A DNA stretch of 62,946 nucleotides, counting the filler. It is 17 parts of 17 records of this genome, joined end to end, with 100 filler letters (N's around TTAATTAATTAA, not from the genome) between each part and the next. Parts side by side here need not be neighbours in the genome. Positions count along the whole stretch, not along the records: positions 36,474 to 39,661 come from SRR7504441_124781; positions 39,762 to 43,793 come from SRR7504441_124882; positions 43,894 to 47,364 come from SRR7504441_125082; 14 more parts are not named here. One strand, written 5' to 3'. A program made the translations under genes and the position numbers. The notes beneath the pieces are model-generated. The model worked only from the letters and a program-made list of their open reading frames with translations, was not told where the DNA came from and searched no databases. Every line of letters starts with the position of its first letter. The stretch's first letter is position 1. This document shows, in pieces, positions 36,474-47,364 of this stretch.

Positions 36474-39400
36474 GAACCATGCAAGAATTCACCAATATTG
36501 GACCAGAATATAATGTAGCTCCACAGCCAACCACCGAATTCGCTTTGATCTTGATTTCGCCTATAGTGAGCCCTTTTGCTTCGAATGCATGGCAATTGAG
36601 AAAGGATGCTTCCGCAATCACCACATCATCTTCGATTGAAATGGTGTCATACTCTGTAAGGTAACAAGTATGCAGCGCCACATTCGTGGGAGACACGTAT
36701 GCGCCCATGAGCCGAGCGTAGACTTTAGTGCCGATCGAAGGGAATATGCCTGGAATGTCTCTGGAGCTATTGCACACCAGGTTCGTACATTTCCAGCAGA
36801 ACATGCCCCAGGATCTGTGCTCCAATGGCATGTGCCTCATTAGCCATTTCGAGTCTCGAACAATCAGCCATTTACCTAGGATCGATAGAAGAACAACGAA
36901 AGAAACTACTACCAGCAGAATGAAGGTAATCTTCCATAGTATAATCAAGTAGGGGCGTGATAGCTGTTTGCTAAGCTCCTGCTCGACCAAAAAGCAGTAC
37001 TCGTAGCCAGACTCGTGGCATTGTCCAGCCACACTCAAGAAAAACCAGTCCACAGTGTCTGAGGATACATAATATGCAATGTATGCGGCATATACCCAGA
37101 TCAGCACTAGAAAAACGAAAGCAATGTCCTCGTGCATGACATCGAAAGACTCAGCGAAATCGTCTCGACCATCCTTACCTTCTCCAATTGAGATCGCTGT
37201 ATTGTGGACGCACAGTGAGTTATCTGGAGGATCGATGGAGACTGCACAGTGGCTGCTCAGAACATGTCTTCCTGCACCTCCAACCACAGTGCTATGCATA
37301 CCAAACCAGCAATTTGAACCTACAGAATCAGCATCTCTCACCCTCACGATGCTCATCAATCTGAAAAATGAGCAGGCGCCTCCGGACAACCAGTGCCAAC
37401 ACCCTGATGTAGAGCAGCCTGTAATCACCGCACTCCGGTCCATTCCAGAGCCGATCAAGGCTCGAAGGAACCCCTGAAATCGGTATATCCCGCATTGAAC
37501 AGCTGTGTCTCCAAATATATTGTCACAGTAGTAGACGTGAGCATATGGAAGCTTGTTGCGGAGGGACCAGACTAGCCACCAGCCGCATACCCAGAGCAAG
37601 AACACTGGAACCAGCAAGAAGGGTAGCGCTGCGCCGAGCAGAAGCCCAAGCACCCATACATTGGGTTGCATCGGCAACCTCATCAGTCCAAAGAAGAATA
37701 CAGGACCACATGCGCTGGTGAGGCATACGCGGATAGCCACAAGGCTCGCCTGTGCAAGCGCATCACCCCAAGTTGGAGCCACTCTATCGTGCCCGTTGAT
37801 GACCACAGCTTGCCCACTACCATCAAAGGGAGCCCTGACATACCTAGCATCGAATCGTGGTAGCACCAGATTCCCCCAAAGCGCATGTTGAACACAGAAC
37901 CTTCCTGCAAGATGTCCATCACAGGGTCCTGCTGAACAGACTGACTGGATGTCGCAGACACCATTGCCCCAGTCCCCAAACCCACTCAAGACATGTTTAA
38001 TCGCTGGCGACATTATCACACAGCTTCCAATCCCGCTCATCCTATGAGCAATGGCTACTTCAAACGAGTACAACTGTTCAACAATCCAAGGCACTGTGAA
38101 GCGTGAGAATTCGGTTGATCTGACTCTTGCATATACTAACATGAGTATCAGGGGCCGGATCTGCATGAAGATGCCAATGAAAAAGAGCTGCACATAGAGT
38201 GATGGGATGCCAGTCTCTACATCGAGCTCCGCACCTGTCCATATGACAAGCGCGATTGTTGCCACAGTCGGAACCATCAGGAATAGACCGAGAACAAATC
38301 CAGCAGCCCAGTGGATCTGTGGCTCCCTTGACATCACTACAGTGCCCCAGTTAAAGATCTCTTTCGTGTGTGCGCAGCGATGCGAGTGGTCTCCCAATGA
38401 GCTCAGCCCCAGCCTATACATGCAAGTCACAGTGTTGAGCCCAAAACAACCAATCCATAGCGCATTGGTGGGGTGGCCGTAAGCGCAGCACAGTTGGTCA
38501 TCTGGTTTATCATTCTCTTGGGAAAAGTCTCGAGAGCATAGTGCTGAGCCGAAATCTCGCTGCAAAATGTGGTTGTCGTCATGGCGGTGAGATGTCCTGC
38601 CACGGCTTTTTAAACTAGCATCGCTGTCGTTCACGGTAGCTCCTGTCGCGGCTGTTTGTGTGATTCGCAGAGATCTTGCCACCATTTCGCTTATTCCATC
38701 AATAGTAAAATTTTTAAGTATATCGATCACAGAGTGATCAGACGCAGTGCTCACTCCAGAATATTCGATTCGTAACTTGGATTGAATCCCCACGGCGCTG
38801 CGACTGGTCAATCCCCAGCTCCATAAGTTGTCAGTTGGCTCTGGCCCAGGTTCACAGTTGTCACAGCACTCCCAAATGATCTTGCGCACCGTCGACAGAA
38901 TTGCCCCAAATTGATTGTCCTGACGTTCTTTGGCAAGCTCGGTGCGCTTAGGGGAGCTTGGGACCGCTCTACCGTGGAATGCCTGTTCCAACTGTACATT
39001 CTGCAGATCAGAGCCTCGTGCTTCGCCCCCAGCTGGGTTGCTTGCCTGGTCTCTCTGTATCCTGTTGCTGCTTTCATTTCCAGGTTCAGACGCCTCACAA
39101 ACTCCTGCTACACGCTGACGTGCTTTCAACAGTGAACCTCGCAGCCCAGGCTTGCTTCCCGAAAGCACGTGTAGCCTGTTCGTCTCTGGGCTAGACGTGG
39201 CTTCCTCATTAGATCCGTTCTTTGGCGCATCGTAGACATCGTCAATGGTCTTCCGTGAAAAATGCTTTATCCTGAACCGCAAGATTCCTTCCTTTGGCTT
39301 GAAGCTCAAAAACTCGTCCCCGTTCTGTTCAACTCTTGACTTGATTCTTTGCTCATGGTTTCTCTGTTCCTTCGCCAACCTGCCTGGCCTTGGTATTTGT

Positions 39401-39661
39401 TCCACTGTCACAATGAACGGGCTATTCAAGGTGGGTAATTGCTGTCGATCGAGCACCACTCCTGTCCCTGTGATCTGTATCGCATCCAACTCGAGTGTCC
39501 TGAGATCAATCGGCTCGTCCCATTCTATCGATCCAAATCCGGGTCGACAGAGTGTGAAATTCGCTATGGTCTGGAGCTCCAATGGGGCCATGCAGCGCAG
39601 CGTCCGGATCGGTGGACAGCTAACATACCCGGGTTTTGTGAGCACCGGGAGTGCTGCATGG
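36474..39661 (-). CDS. Nup98-type autopeptidase (S59) domain + carrier (T/ACP) domain + Pls/PosA-type membrane/left-handed-beta-helix region; partial both ends
   Basis: One stop-free frame across the whole contig. LTKPGYVSCPP...NFTLCRPGFGSIEW..PIDLRTLELD...LNSPFIVT...FLSFKPKEGILRFRIKHFS (HFS at 39256-39264). DNLWSWGLTSRSAVGIQSKLR...IDILKNFTI (Ser codon 38803-38805). TM pairs alternate with repeats ending GTKVYARLMGAYV...LTEYDTISIEDDVVIAEASFLNCHAFE..GLTIGEIKIKANSVVG. Confidence 0.8.
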
Positions 39662-39761
39662 NNNNNNNNNNNNNNNNNNNNNNNNNNNNNNNNNNNNNNN
39701 NNNNNTTAATTAATTAANNNNNNNNNNNNNNNNNNNNNNNNNNNNNNNNNNNNNNNNNNNN

Positions 39762-40172
39762 GCAGGCACGCCCGAACTACGCCAACACCACTGCGACAGC
39801 CCCATGGCCAGGAGGCCACAGGTCGAACAGGTCCGCGTCCCACGTCGCGCAGCCGCGCAGAGCTGGGATCTCCATGATTATGCGGCGGACCTCGGCGGGG
39901 CTCGTCAGCACCAGCGCACAGGAAGCGATCCGCGCCACAGCCTTGGATTTTTCGCGGAACCACTCGTGCCGGGCTCGGCATCCGATAGCCCTATCAGAGC
40001 CCACATAAGGCTTGGCGCGTACCACATTGAGAACACCGGGGAGCACGCGGACCAGCGCGCTGTGCATTTGTTTGCAGCTCCCGGCCAGCAGGCAGACGTT
40101 CCTTGGCGAGCAACGCTGTAAGATCATTCCCACGATGTCGGGCGCCACAGCGTTCAATCCCGTGTGCGGCAT
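39762..40172 (-). CDS. F-box-like protein, N-terminal fragment
   Basis: LNAVAPDIVGMILQRCSPRNVCLLAGSCKQMH fits the F-box pattern LP.EI...IL..L...DL..l..vCK.w. Confidence 0.5.
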
Positions 40173-40256
40173 CCTTCGGGGCGACGTCGCTCAATTTGTC
40201 CGTTGCTCCTGTGCTGAAGGGGCGCTGTGCTTGGCAACACACTTCGTGGGTTGGCG

Positions 40257-41444
40257 ATGTGCGACGAAGGGGCGCTCCTCGGTGACACCGACACTCGGGA
40301 GAGCTCGGGTCCCAACCAGCGCTCCTGTTTTGTTACAGGCGCTACTGGCTTCGTGGCGCTCAACCTGGTGGACGAGCTGCTCCGGGCCGGCTGGACGGTG
40401 CACGCCCTGCATCGGGCCGGCTCGTCCCGGGCCACAATGCTGGAAGCCCTGCCGCACGCCCGGACGGGCCGGCTGGTGCTGGTGCAGGGCGACCTCCTGA
40501 TGCCCCCCGAGGAGTTTGAGGCGCTGGTGCCCGAGGGCACCGAGCTGATCTACCACATACTCCACCTGCAGGAGCGGGCGTGCCACCCGGGACGGCAGCT
40601 GAGTTCGGCCGGGTTCCAGCCTGAGGGCGCCGACGAGCACAAGCGAGTGAACCGGCAGGCGATGGACGCAGTGCTGCACGCCGCCAAGCGGCGGGCGGTC
40701 CGGCGGATTGTTTACTGCTCCTCGTGGTCTGCCTACGGCCGGCAGCCCGATGGGGCGATCCTCACCGAGCGGACGGCTAGCCGGGCCCACGAGGAGATCG
40801 ACCCGCGGTGCTGCTGCCTGGGGGCCGGGCCGGCGATCCCGGTGCCTTACTTTGAGAGTAAACTGGAGCTGGAGGCGCAGCTGGACGAGGGCGCGGCCGG
40901 GTTTGGTGTCGAATGGGTGGTGATGCAGCCGTGCAGCGTGTTTGGTCGGTACGGCGAGGTCGGCTGGTGCCAGATCTACCGCAAACTGCTCGACACCAAC
41001 GGAGGGCTGCCTGGACTCCCAGGCTCGACCTCGTTTGTGGACGTGCAAGATCTGGCGATGGCGTTCGTGGCCGCAGCCGATGCAGGCCCGGGCAAAGGCG
41101 AGCGGTACATTCTGGGGGGGACCAACGCAACAAACCTGCAGATGCAGCAGGAGATGGCCAGACTGGTCGGGACCCCGGCGCCTGCCCGGGCCACCCCGCA
41201 GCTTGTGCTGCACGTGCTTTCTTGTTGGAACGAATGGCTCTTGCATAGAGGCTGGCTGCACTGGATGAGAGTCAAGCCTGGCGCGATCGGCTCGCCGTGG
41301 CTTGTGGCCAAGATCACCCAGAACCAGTCAACCCAGAGTGAGTTAGCACAAGACAAGCTCGGGTACAGGCCGCGGCCGCTGAGCGATACGTTGAGGCGGA
41401 ACTACGAGTGGTTGGTCACAGCCGGCCACTTGCCACGTCAGTAG
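40257..41444 (+). CDS. Extended SDR NAD(P)-dependent epimerase/dehydratase (dihydroflavonol-reductase/HpnA-like)
   Basis: FVTGATGFVA nucleotide-binding motif, CSS, YFESK (YxxxK), FVDVQDLA, GERYIL, LGYRPRPL. No intron needed. Confidence 0.88.
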   Translation: MCDEGALLGDTDTRESSGPNQRSCFVTGATGFVALNLVDELLRAGWTVHALHRAGSSRATMLEALPHARTGRLVLVQGDLLMPPEEFEALVPEGTELIYHILHLQERACHPGRQLSSAGFQPEGADEHKRVNRQAMDAVLHAAKRRAVRRIVYCSSWSAYGRQPDGAILTERTASRAHEEIDPRCCCLGAGPAIPVPYFESKLELEAQLDEGAAGFGVEWVVMQPCSVFGRYGEVGWCQIYRKLLDTNGGLPGLPGSTSFVDVQDLAMAFVAAADAGPGKGERYILGGTNATNLQMQQEMARLVGTPAPARATPQLVLHVLSCWNEWLLHRGWLHWMRVKPGAIGSPWLVAKITQNQSTQSELAQDKLGYRPRPLSDTLRRNYEWLVTAGHLPRQ

Positions 41445-41718
41445 ACACACACGGACTATGCTATCTTATTGTTCACAATTACCAATACATGCAATGTATG
41501 TATTTCGTCAATCAATGAGAGCATACCTCGTTTCAATTAGTGCCAAGACCGCATACGTACATGTACTCGTCTTATACTCGTATGGTACTCGTAGGAACTA
41601 CTTCCTACTTTTGGGTATTTCCTACTTGATACTTCGTCCGAATTGCATACGGTATGTACTGTACAATGTATTCCTCCACTGGACCGTCGTGTAGCATGAC
41701 TTCCGTTAATCTCAGAAA

Positions 41719-43551
41719 ATGGCTGGACTGGAGTCCCTCGACGACCTTGTGTGGGCTCGGCTGCTGCGGCTGCTCGGGGCGCCGGGCCCGCTAACCCGGC
41801 TGGCTCAGACCCACCCGACCATCGCCCGCCGGGTGGCCGCCGCCGCCGCCGCCTGGGCCGTTGCTTTGGCTAACGAGTTCGGATCTACGGCCCGGAGCGG
41901 CTGGATCGGCCCGACCGACTGTGCCGTCCCTGGCTGCCTCAGGCGGGCGGCACACCGGTGCAAACGGTGCCAGAACGTGTGGTACTGCTCACCCGAATGC
42001 CAGAAGCGCCACTGGCGATCCGGGCATAAGACCGTCTGCGGGCAGCCTGAGCAGCCGCCCACCGTCGCCCGGTGCGCCCGGGACTTTGCGCAGCTCCCGG
42101 CGGCGGCCCAGTGCCGGGCGCTGATGGAGCTCCGGCGGGGACTGTCCGTTGGGATGTCCGTTACCCAGGCCGACCTCCGGTCGTTGGAGTTTGGCGAGCT
42201 GGACGGGCTGGTTTTCCCAGGCTCCGCCAACCCGTTGCTCATCCACTCTCCCGCCTTGAACGCAGTGCGGGAGCTGGCCGGATCGAGTCTCGAGTCGGAG
42301 CTCGGCTCGCTCGGGTTTGAGGGGTCCTGGCAATCGGGCCGCCAGCTGGCTCTAAGCGAGGGAGTCGCGTTGCCTTCTGTGGGCTCCGGGTTGCCTCGTC
42401 TCGTGATGGTGCGCGGACCAAGCTCCGAGAGCCCAGCCGCATTCGGCCATCTGCGCGAGAGCTACCTGAACGGGTTTTCCGTTGCGCATCGGGCGCTCGG
42501 TCGGCCGGGAAGGCTGGCTGTCGTGTCCATTGGCACAGGCGGTAATGGGCTGGATTGGGCGGCGGCGGCTGCAGTGGCGGTGGCAGCGGCCCGTGATGCC
42601 ACGATGGCCGGGCTGTGCCACGCGGTGAAGTTCGTCGCGGTCGAGCCCGAACTTGCGGACCTGCTCCGCAAATCTGTTGCGGCGGTTCGGGCGTGGCCTA
42701 CCTTAGCGTGCCCAGTGAGCTTCCGCTCAGCAGTGATTGTGCTAGATTCCATGCTCCCTGGGCAGGTGACCGGCCGTGCGATCCGTTGTGATTGAGCTGG
42801 CAGGTGCACCGGCTCCGGATCCGGCCGGAGCTCGCGCCGGCTGTGCAGGTACCACCGCCTTCCGAATAAGGAAATGTTACGGTAACACAGGCTCAGCTGG
42901 ACGCGCTCCGAGGGCCGCCGGCAGTGATCGGGGACGCTGACGCCTTGCCAGTGGTCGGGTGCGTGGCCGAGTGCTCGATGCAGGAGGGCTACCTCATCGT
43001 CAGAGCGGTGCCCGCCCGTGAATGTTAATAAATTAGTGTTAATGATACTGACTGGTGCTGTGCAGCGCTCGCTGATCCAAGTCGTGTCGAGGCCCGAGCC
43101 GGCGGCCGAGGGAGGTCCGTTCCGGGTGATGGTCGCAGAGACAATGCCGCTCGCACATTCGGAGCTGGCAGCGACAGCTGAGGAGCAGGCGCAGGTGGTG
43201 TTAATTAACCTTAAGTTAACAGAAGGGAATGACTAGTGAACACAGGCAGCCGAGCTGGCAGCGCTCGTGGGTCAGTGGAGCGGTCTGGTCAGGGCCACAG
43301 GGCGGGAGCGGTCAAGTGGTCAATTGGAGGACGTCAGAAGAGACCTTGGCCCGATGCCCTCGCTGCCTGGCGAGTTGGCGATCTGGGTGGCGGCGCTGAT
43401 CAATCCGGTACCGGCGCTTGGGGTGGCTTACGAGATCCGGCCAGCGATGCTCCGGGCAAGCAGGCAAGCCGGGCCAGGTCGGCTGCTGCAGTGCGCTAGG
43501 CAAGGGATAGAGATGTCTATACGACACCTTGAGACCGGCACGCCGCTGTGA
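41719..43551 (+). CDS. F-box-like + MYND zinc finger + Macro-like + LON N-terminal(-like) domain protein, multi-exon
   Basis: MYND: CAVPGC...RCKRCQNVWYCSPECQKRHWRSGHKTVC. Macro: VTQADL...DGLVFP..AN...RGP...LRESYLNGF...VVSIGTG. LON-N-like, reached through short GT-AG introns: VLDSMLPGQ|VHRL ... WVAALINPVPALGVAYEIRPAML. Confidence 0.65.
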
Positions 43552-43893
43552 GGTGAGAGAGGCCGGACCGGCGGAGTAACAATAGGCTACAATAAGCGGA
43601 TGGTGAGCAAATGATGTACATATCCAGAAAAAAGCCAACCCGTATCTTGAGAAAGCGTCTCAGCTTCCGAACTTCAGCTGAACTTAAAGCCAACTAAAAT
43701 AAAACTTGTAACATGTAAACTATATTATACCAGCACCAAAATCAGCACCCGCGGCGCCTTTAATTTGTGATCGATCAGCTTGGTCAGGCAATCNNNNNNN
43801 NNNNNNNNNNNNNNNNNNNNNNNNNNNNNNNNNNNNNTTAATTAATTAANNNNNNNNNNNNNNNNNNNNNNNNNNNNNNNNNNNNNNNNNNNN

Positions 43894-44383
43894 GGAGTGA
43901 GCAGCCCTGTCCACAGCCTTGTCGCCCCCTCCGAAGTGAGCTGACAGCTGGGCCTTGTCGCAGGCTTCAAGCAGAGCTTTCGCGGCAACGCACGGCTTTG
44001 ATTCCTTGTCATAGTCGCCACACACGCGCCGGGCCATGATCGGTGCCAAGTCGCATGAGGAGCCCATTTGCGACGTCTCCCCCAGCTCTTGGCTGCTTTG
44101 AGTCTCGGCCCATAGGGCGTCCATCGCGTCCAATTCGTCGTTCCCCGCCCTGCCCAGACCGAGTGAGCGGCCGCGCCCCGTGGCGAGCTGACCGATTGTT
44201 GCCGAGTGAGAAGGAGGAGATGGCCGCCATTGGAGCTCGCGGCCGACCGCGACGACCGACATTCTCCAGGGTGCTCATCAGCTCGGTGATGCCGAGCTCC
44301 GTCATGGCGGACGTGTCCATCGACAGCACGCAGCTCACCAGCCCGGCCAGCAGCACCAGCCTCAAGGGCGAGACGACCGCCAT
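43894..44383 (-). CDS. Secreted hypothetical protein (3'-truncated)
   Basis: Signal peptide MAVVSPLRLVLLAGLVSCVLS, acidic pro-like region, then a Cys-containing segment CDLAPIMARRVCGDYDKESKPC. Confidence 0.5.
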
Positions 44384-44428
44384 CAAAGTGCTGACAGATT
44401 CCGGACAGATGTATCTCGCTCAATCTGG

Positions 44429-45908
44429 ATGGGGGCCATGTGGTGGAGCCTGGCGGTGGCGGCGGCCCTGCTGGGGGTCGGCCAGGGACTTCCGGACCTG
44501 GTGGGCCGGCCAGCTTGCTAGACTCAGCCGGTGCAGCACCAGGCGTCCGGCAGCATGAGCCCGGCCAACACCGAGTTTGTGGCCCTCAAGGCAGGCTACC
44601 AAGACGCCGACGCCGACCGCTCCGACCAGCCTCTGGGCGAGAGCAACCAGGCCGGGGCCGGGACGGTGCGCTCTGCCACCCCACTCGCTGATCCGGCCGG
44701 CAGGGCATGTCGCTCGGAATGCTCCGGTCGTTTCTACGGGGCGTTCAGGGGCCTCAAGGCAACCGCGGACCGCCAGGCCGGCCAGGCCGGGGGATGCGTG
44801 GCCCGGCCGGAGAGAGGGGCGAACGCGGGCTCCAAGGGCCGCTTGGGGCCACCGGGGCTGCGGGCCCCGCCGGCGTAGAGGGCAAGCCTGGAGCTGTCGG
44901 ACCTGCTGGTCCCGAAGGCGAGAAGGGCGAGAGGGGGGCACCGGGTGGAAAGGGAGAAGTCGGACCCGCCGGACCTCGTGGCAAATCAATTGTTGGGCCA
45001 CGCGGTAAGCGTCCGGCGCGCTAACTCCTGAGGCGCTTGGACAGGTGTGGACGGTCCTCAGGGCCTGCAGGGCAGCCAAGGTCCTCCTGGACTGGCTGGC
45101 AAGGCAGCGCACACTGGTGCTCGAGGTCCACCGGGCAAACTTGGCCCGCAGGGCTTCCCAGGAGAGCCGGGCACGCCGGGAGAGGCTGGGATCGCTGGAC
45201 CCCGGGGCCCTCGCGGTCTGGCTGGACGCAAAGGCAATGCTGGAGCTCGAGGTCTCGAGGGTAGGCGTGGTCTTCCAGGCATTGCAGGAAAGTTGGGCCC
45301 TATTGGTGCAACTGGAGCCCGCGGCCATCCCGGTCAGAGGGGCAAAGTTGGCGCACAGGGCCCGTCCGGTCCTCGCGGCCTCAAAGGCCCTGCAGGCGAC
45401 AACAACTGCAAGACAAACTCCCAAATCGACGAGCAAGAAATGTGCACTGGATCTGGAGCGTCCAAAAAGTGTACCAAGTTTAAGGTGGGTAGTACCTGTG
45501 TGCGGCTCGAGATGCTGACTGCGTTACCTTCTGCAGGTCCCTGTGAAACACGTCAGCTGTGGCAACTCTGACACACCATTAAAGTGGGGGATCAATGCGG
45601 CGCCCACAGCGGAGTTGACCGTGAATGGAAAGATTCATTCTTCTGGAGCTGTCCATGCTCAGACCCTAATGGTTCCGAAGCCCAAGGCACGCCTGGGCGA
45701 ATCTCAAGAAATGTCTACTGATGCGTTTGCTAAGCTGCTCCAATCCGATTCGATTGATGTAGGAGCCCTAGCAATCGAGCTCCACAAGCAAGTTCACCAT
45801 CACAAGAACAAGATCGACCGCCTCGAAGGTCTAGTTGCAAAACAAACAGCAATTCTTCAAAGCCTTGCTGCCGAGTTCCGCCAGACGCAAAACAAGAATG
45901 ACGAGTAG
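44429..45908 (+). CDS. Secreted collagen triple-helix (Gly-X-Y) protein with C-terminal non-collagenous/coiled-coil region
   Basis: Signal peptide [20 protein letters not shown]. About 65 Gly-X-Y triplets with three short interruptions (44737-45402), kept in register by a 40-nt intron (45005-45044, CTAAC branch site). Cys cluster and a terminal coiled coil. Confidence 0.85.
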
Positions 45909-46015
45909 AAGCAAATTTTCTTTTTGGATGATAGTAATAACGATCTGATGAATCAGCATTGAATATAAGTAGCCGATTCGACGAATTATTTGGCAAATGG
46001 GTCGGATGACTGGTT

Positions 46016-47364
46016 TTATTTGCTCGTATCAAGGTTCAAAGAGTCAAGTGTCTGAAATATTGATCGAATATCTGCTAGATTTTCTTGGTGTGAGCGTGCC
46101 TCAGATTTTTCCGAGGCTCTGTTCTTCTTTACCTTGGGTGACCTCTTCGGAAACTTTGCACTATCCTCGCTACTACTAATCCCCGGTGCCGTGTTCTTCC
46201 CCTGCACAAATTTATGCTGTACCGGCCCATGCTGGAAATAAATCTCAGCCCGGGCTGTTGCAATGTCGAACCTGTAATCAAAGTGTTACATTTGCAGCAA
46301 CATTGTGCGAGTCAACCTGAACCCGAGAGTCTCATCGAGCTGAATCTCTACATCATGCGGAGGCACTTCGCCCGGTCCCCAGCGCAGACCACCGGTGCAT
46401 GAGCCGCCCAGTCTTTGATTATGTGAAAACAGCACACTGCCGGTCTTGTTGTTCACTACACCGTTGCCGCCGCTATCAAACGAGGCGGCCATGCTGCCTT
46501 TATCTTTATAAGCTGCATACAGCCTGAACCCAGTGCCCTCCAGATCTACGGAGACCGCCAGCTGCTGAGTCCGCCGGCCTGCACCACGGTCTGCCCACGC
46601 TGCAATAGCCCGACCCACCTGGCCACTTGGCCATTGCACTCCCGTCATCGCGCACCTGCCGGCGCCGCTCAATCTAGCCTAGAGCTCGTATGCCTGCACA
46701 GCCACTCCAGATCCGAGCGACTTTGGGTATTGCACCACCTGCCCGCCGCATCCAGCCTGCCCCGGGGCCCAAGGTGGCACCCCTGGCACCACCGCCGGCT
46801 CTTCGGGCTCGGGGCCTGGCGCGGCTCTTGGGGGCCTGGGCACAGCCGGTGGCCTCGGTACTACAGGCGGGCTGCGATCTGGGCTGCGATCTGGCAATCC
46901 ACGCTCAGACTGGGAGCGAGCATTGGGCCGCCACCGAGCATCTGGGCCAACTGGGCCTGAATTACGGAGGCCTCTGCCTCCCAGCCGTCCAGCCCACTGA
47001 CTGAGGCTGTGTGCTTGGCTGCAGTGGCTCTCTTTGCCAGCCCTGCACATAGATCAGGTAGGCAGGCGCAGGCTCACCAGCATCAGCAAACTCGCGCACA
47101 CGACTGGCAGCCCGCTTCTTCACGACAGGCCTGGCCCGGTGGCTGGACAGCCGCCTAGCACGGAGTGCACCTGGGCTTTGGACGCACCCTGTCTAGTCGC
47201 TTGGGCATTGGCACGGCTGCAGCCGCAGCGATTTGCTTGCGACTGACAGGCTTGCCATCCAGCATCCCGAGCGCAGGCAGCGCCCGGAGGACGGCCGATA
47301 CAGCGGTGTCGGTGGCTGTGTTGAGCGAGTTGACGGGATTGGACCGCAGGCTCAGGCTGCTCAG
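46016..47364 (-). CDS. FAM194/ERICH6-like domain protein (5'-truncated, multi-exon)
   Basis: YPKSLGSGVAV...WPSGQ.AVSVD...FRLYAAYKDKGSMAASFDSGGNGVVNNKTGSVLFSHNQRLGG resembles FAM194 beta-repeats. Confidence 0.5.

Noticed and set aside
39256-39661. Calling this the canonical NUP98-NUP96 gene
   Set aside because: The sequence after HFS is not KYGL/Nup96-like but carrier and TM/beta-helix domains. No FG repeats are visible in the contig.
44754-45282. Minus-strand Gly/Pro-rich ORFs as a second collagen
   Set aside because: Antisense shadows of the Gly-X-Y codon pattern. The same applies to ORF 19-582 opposite the LRRs.
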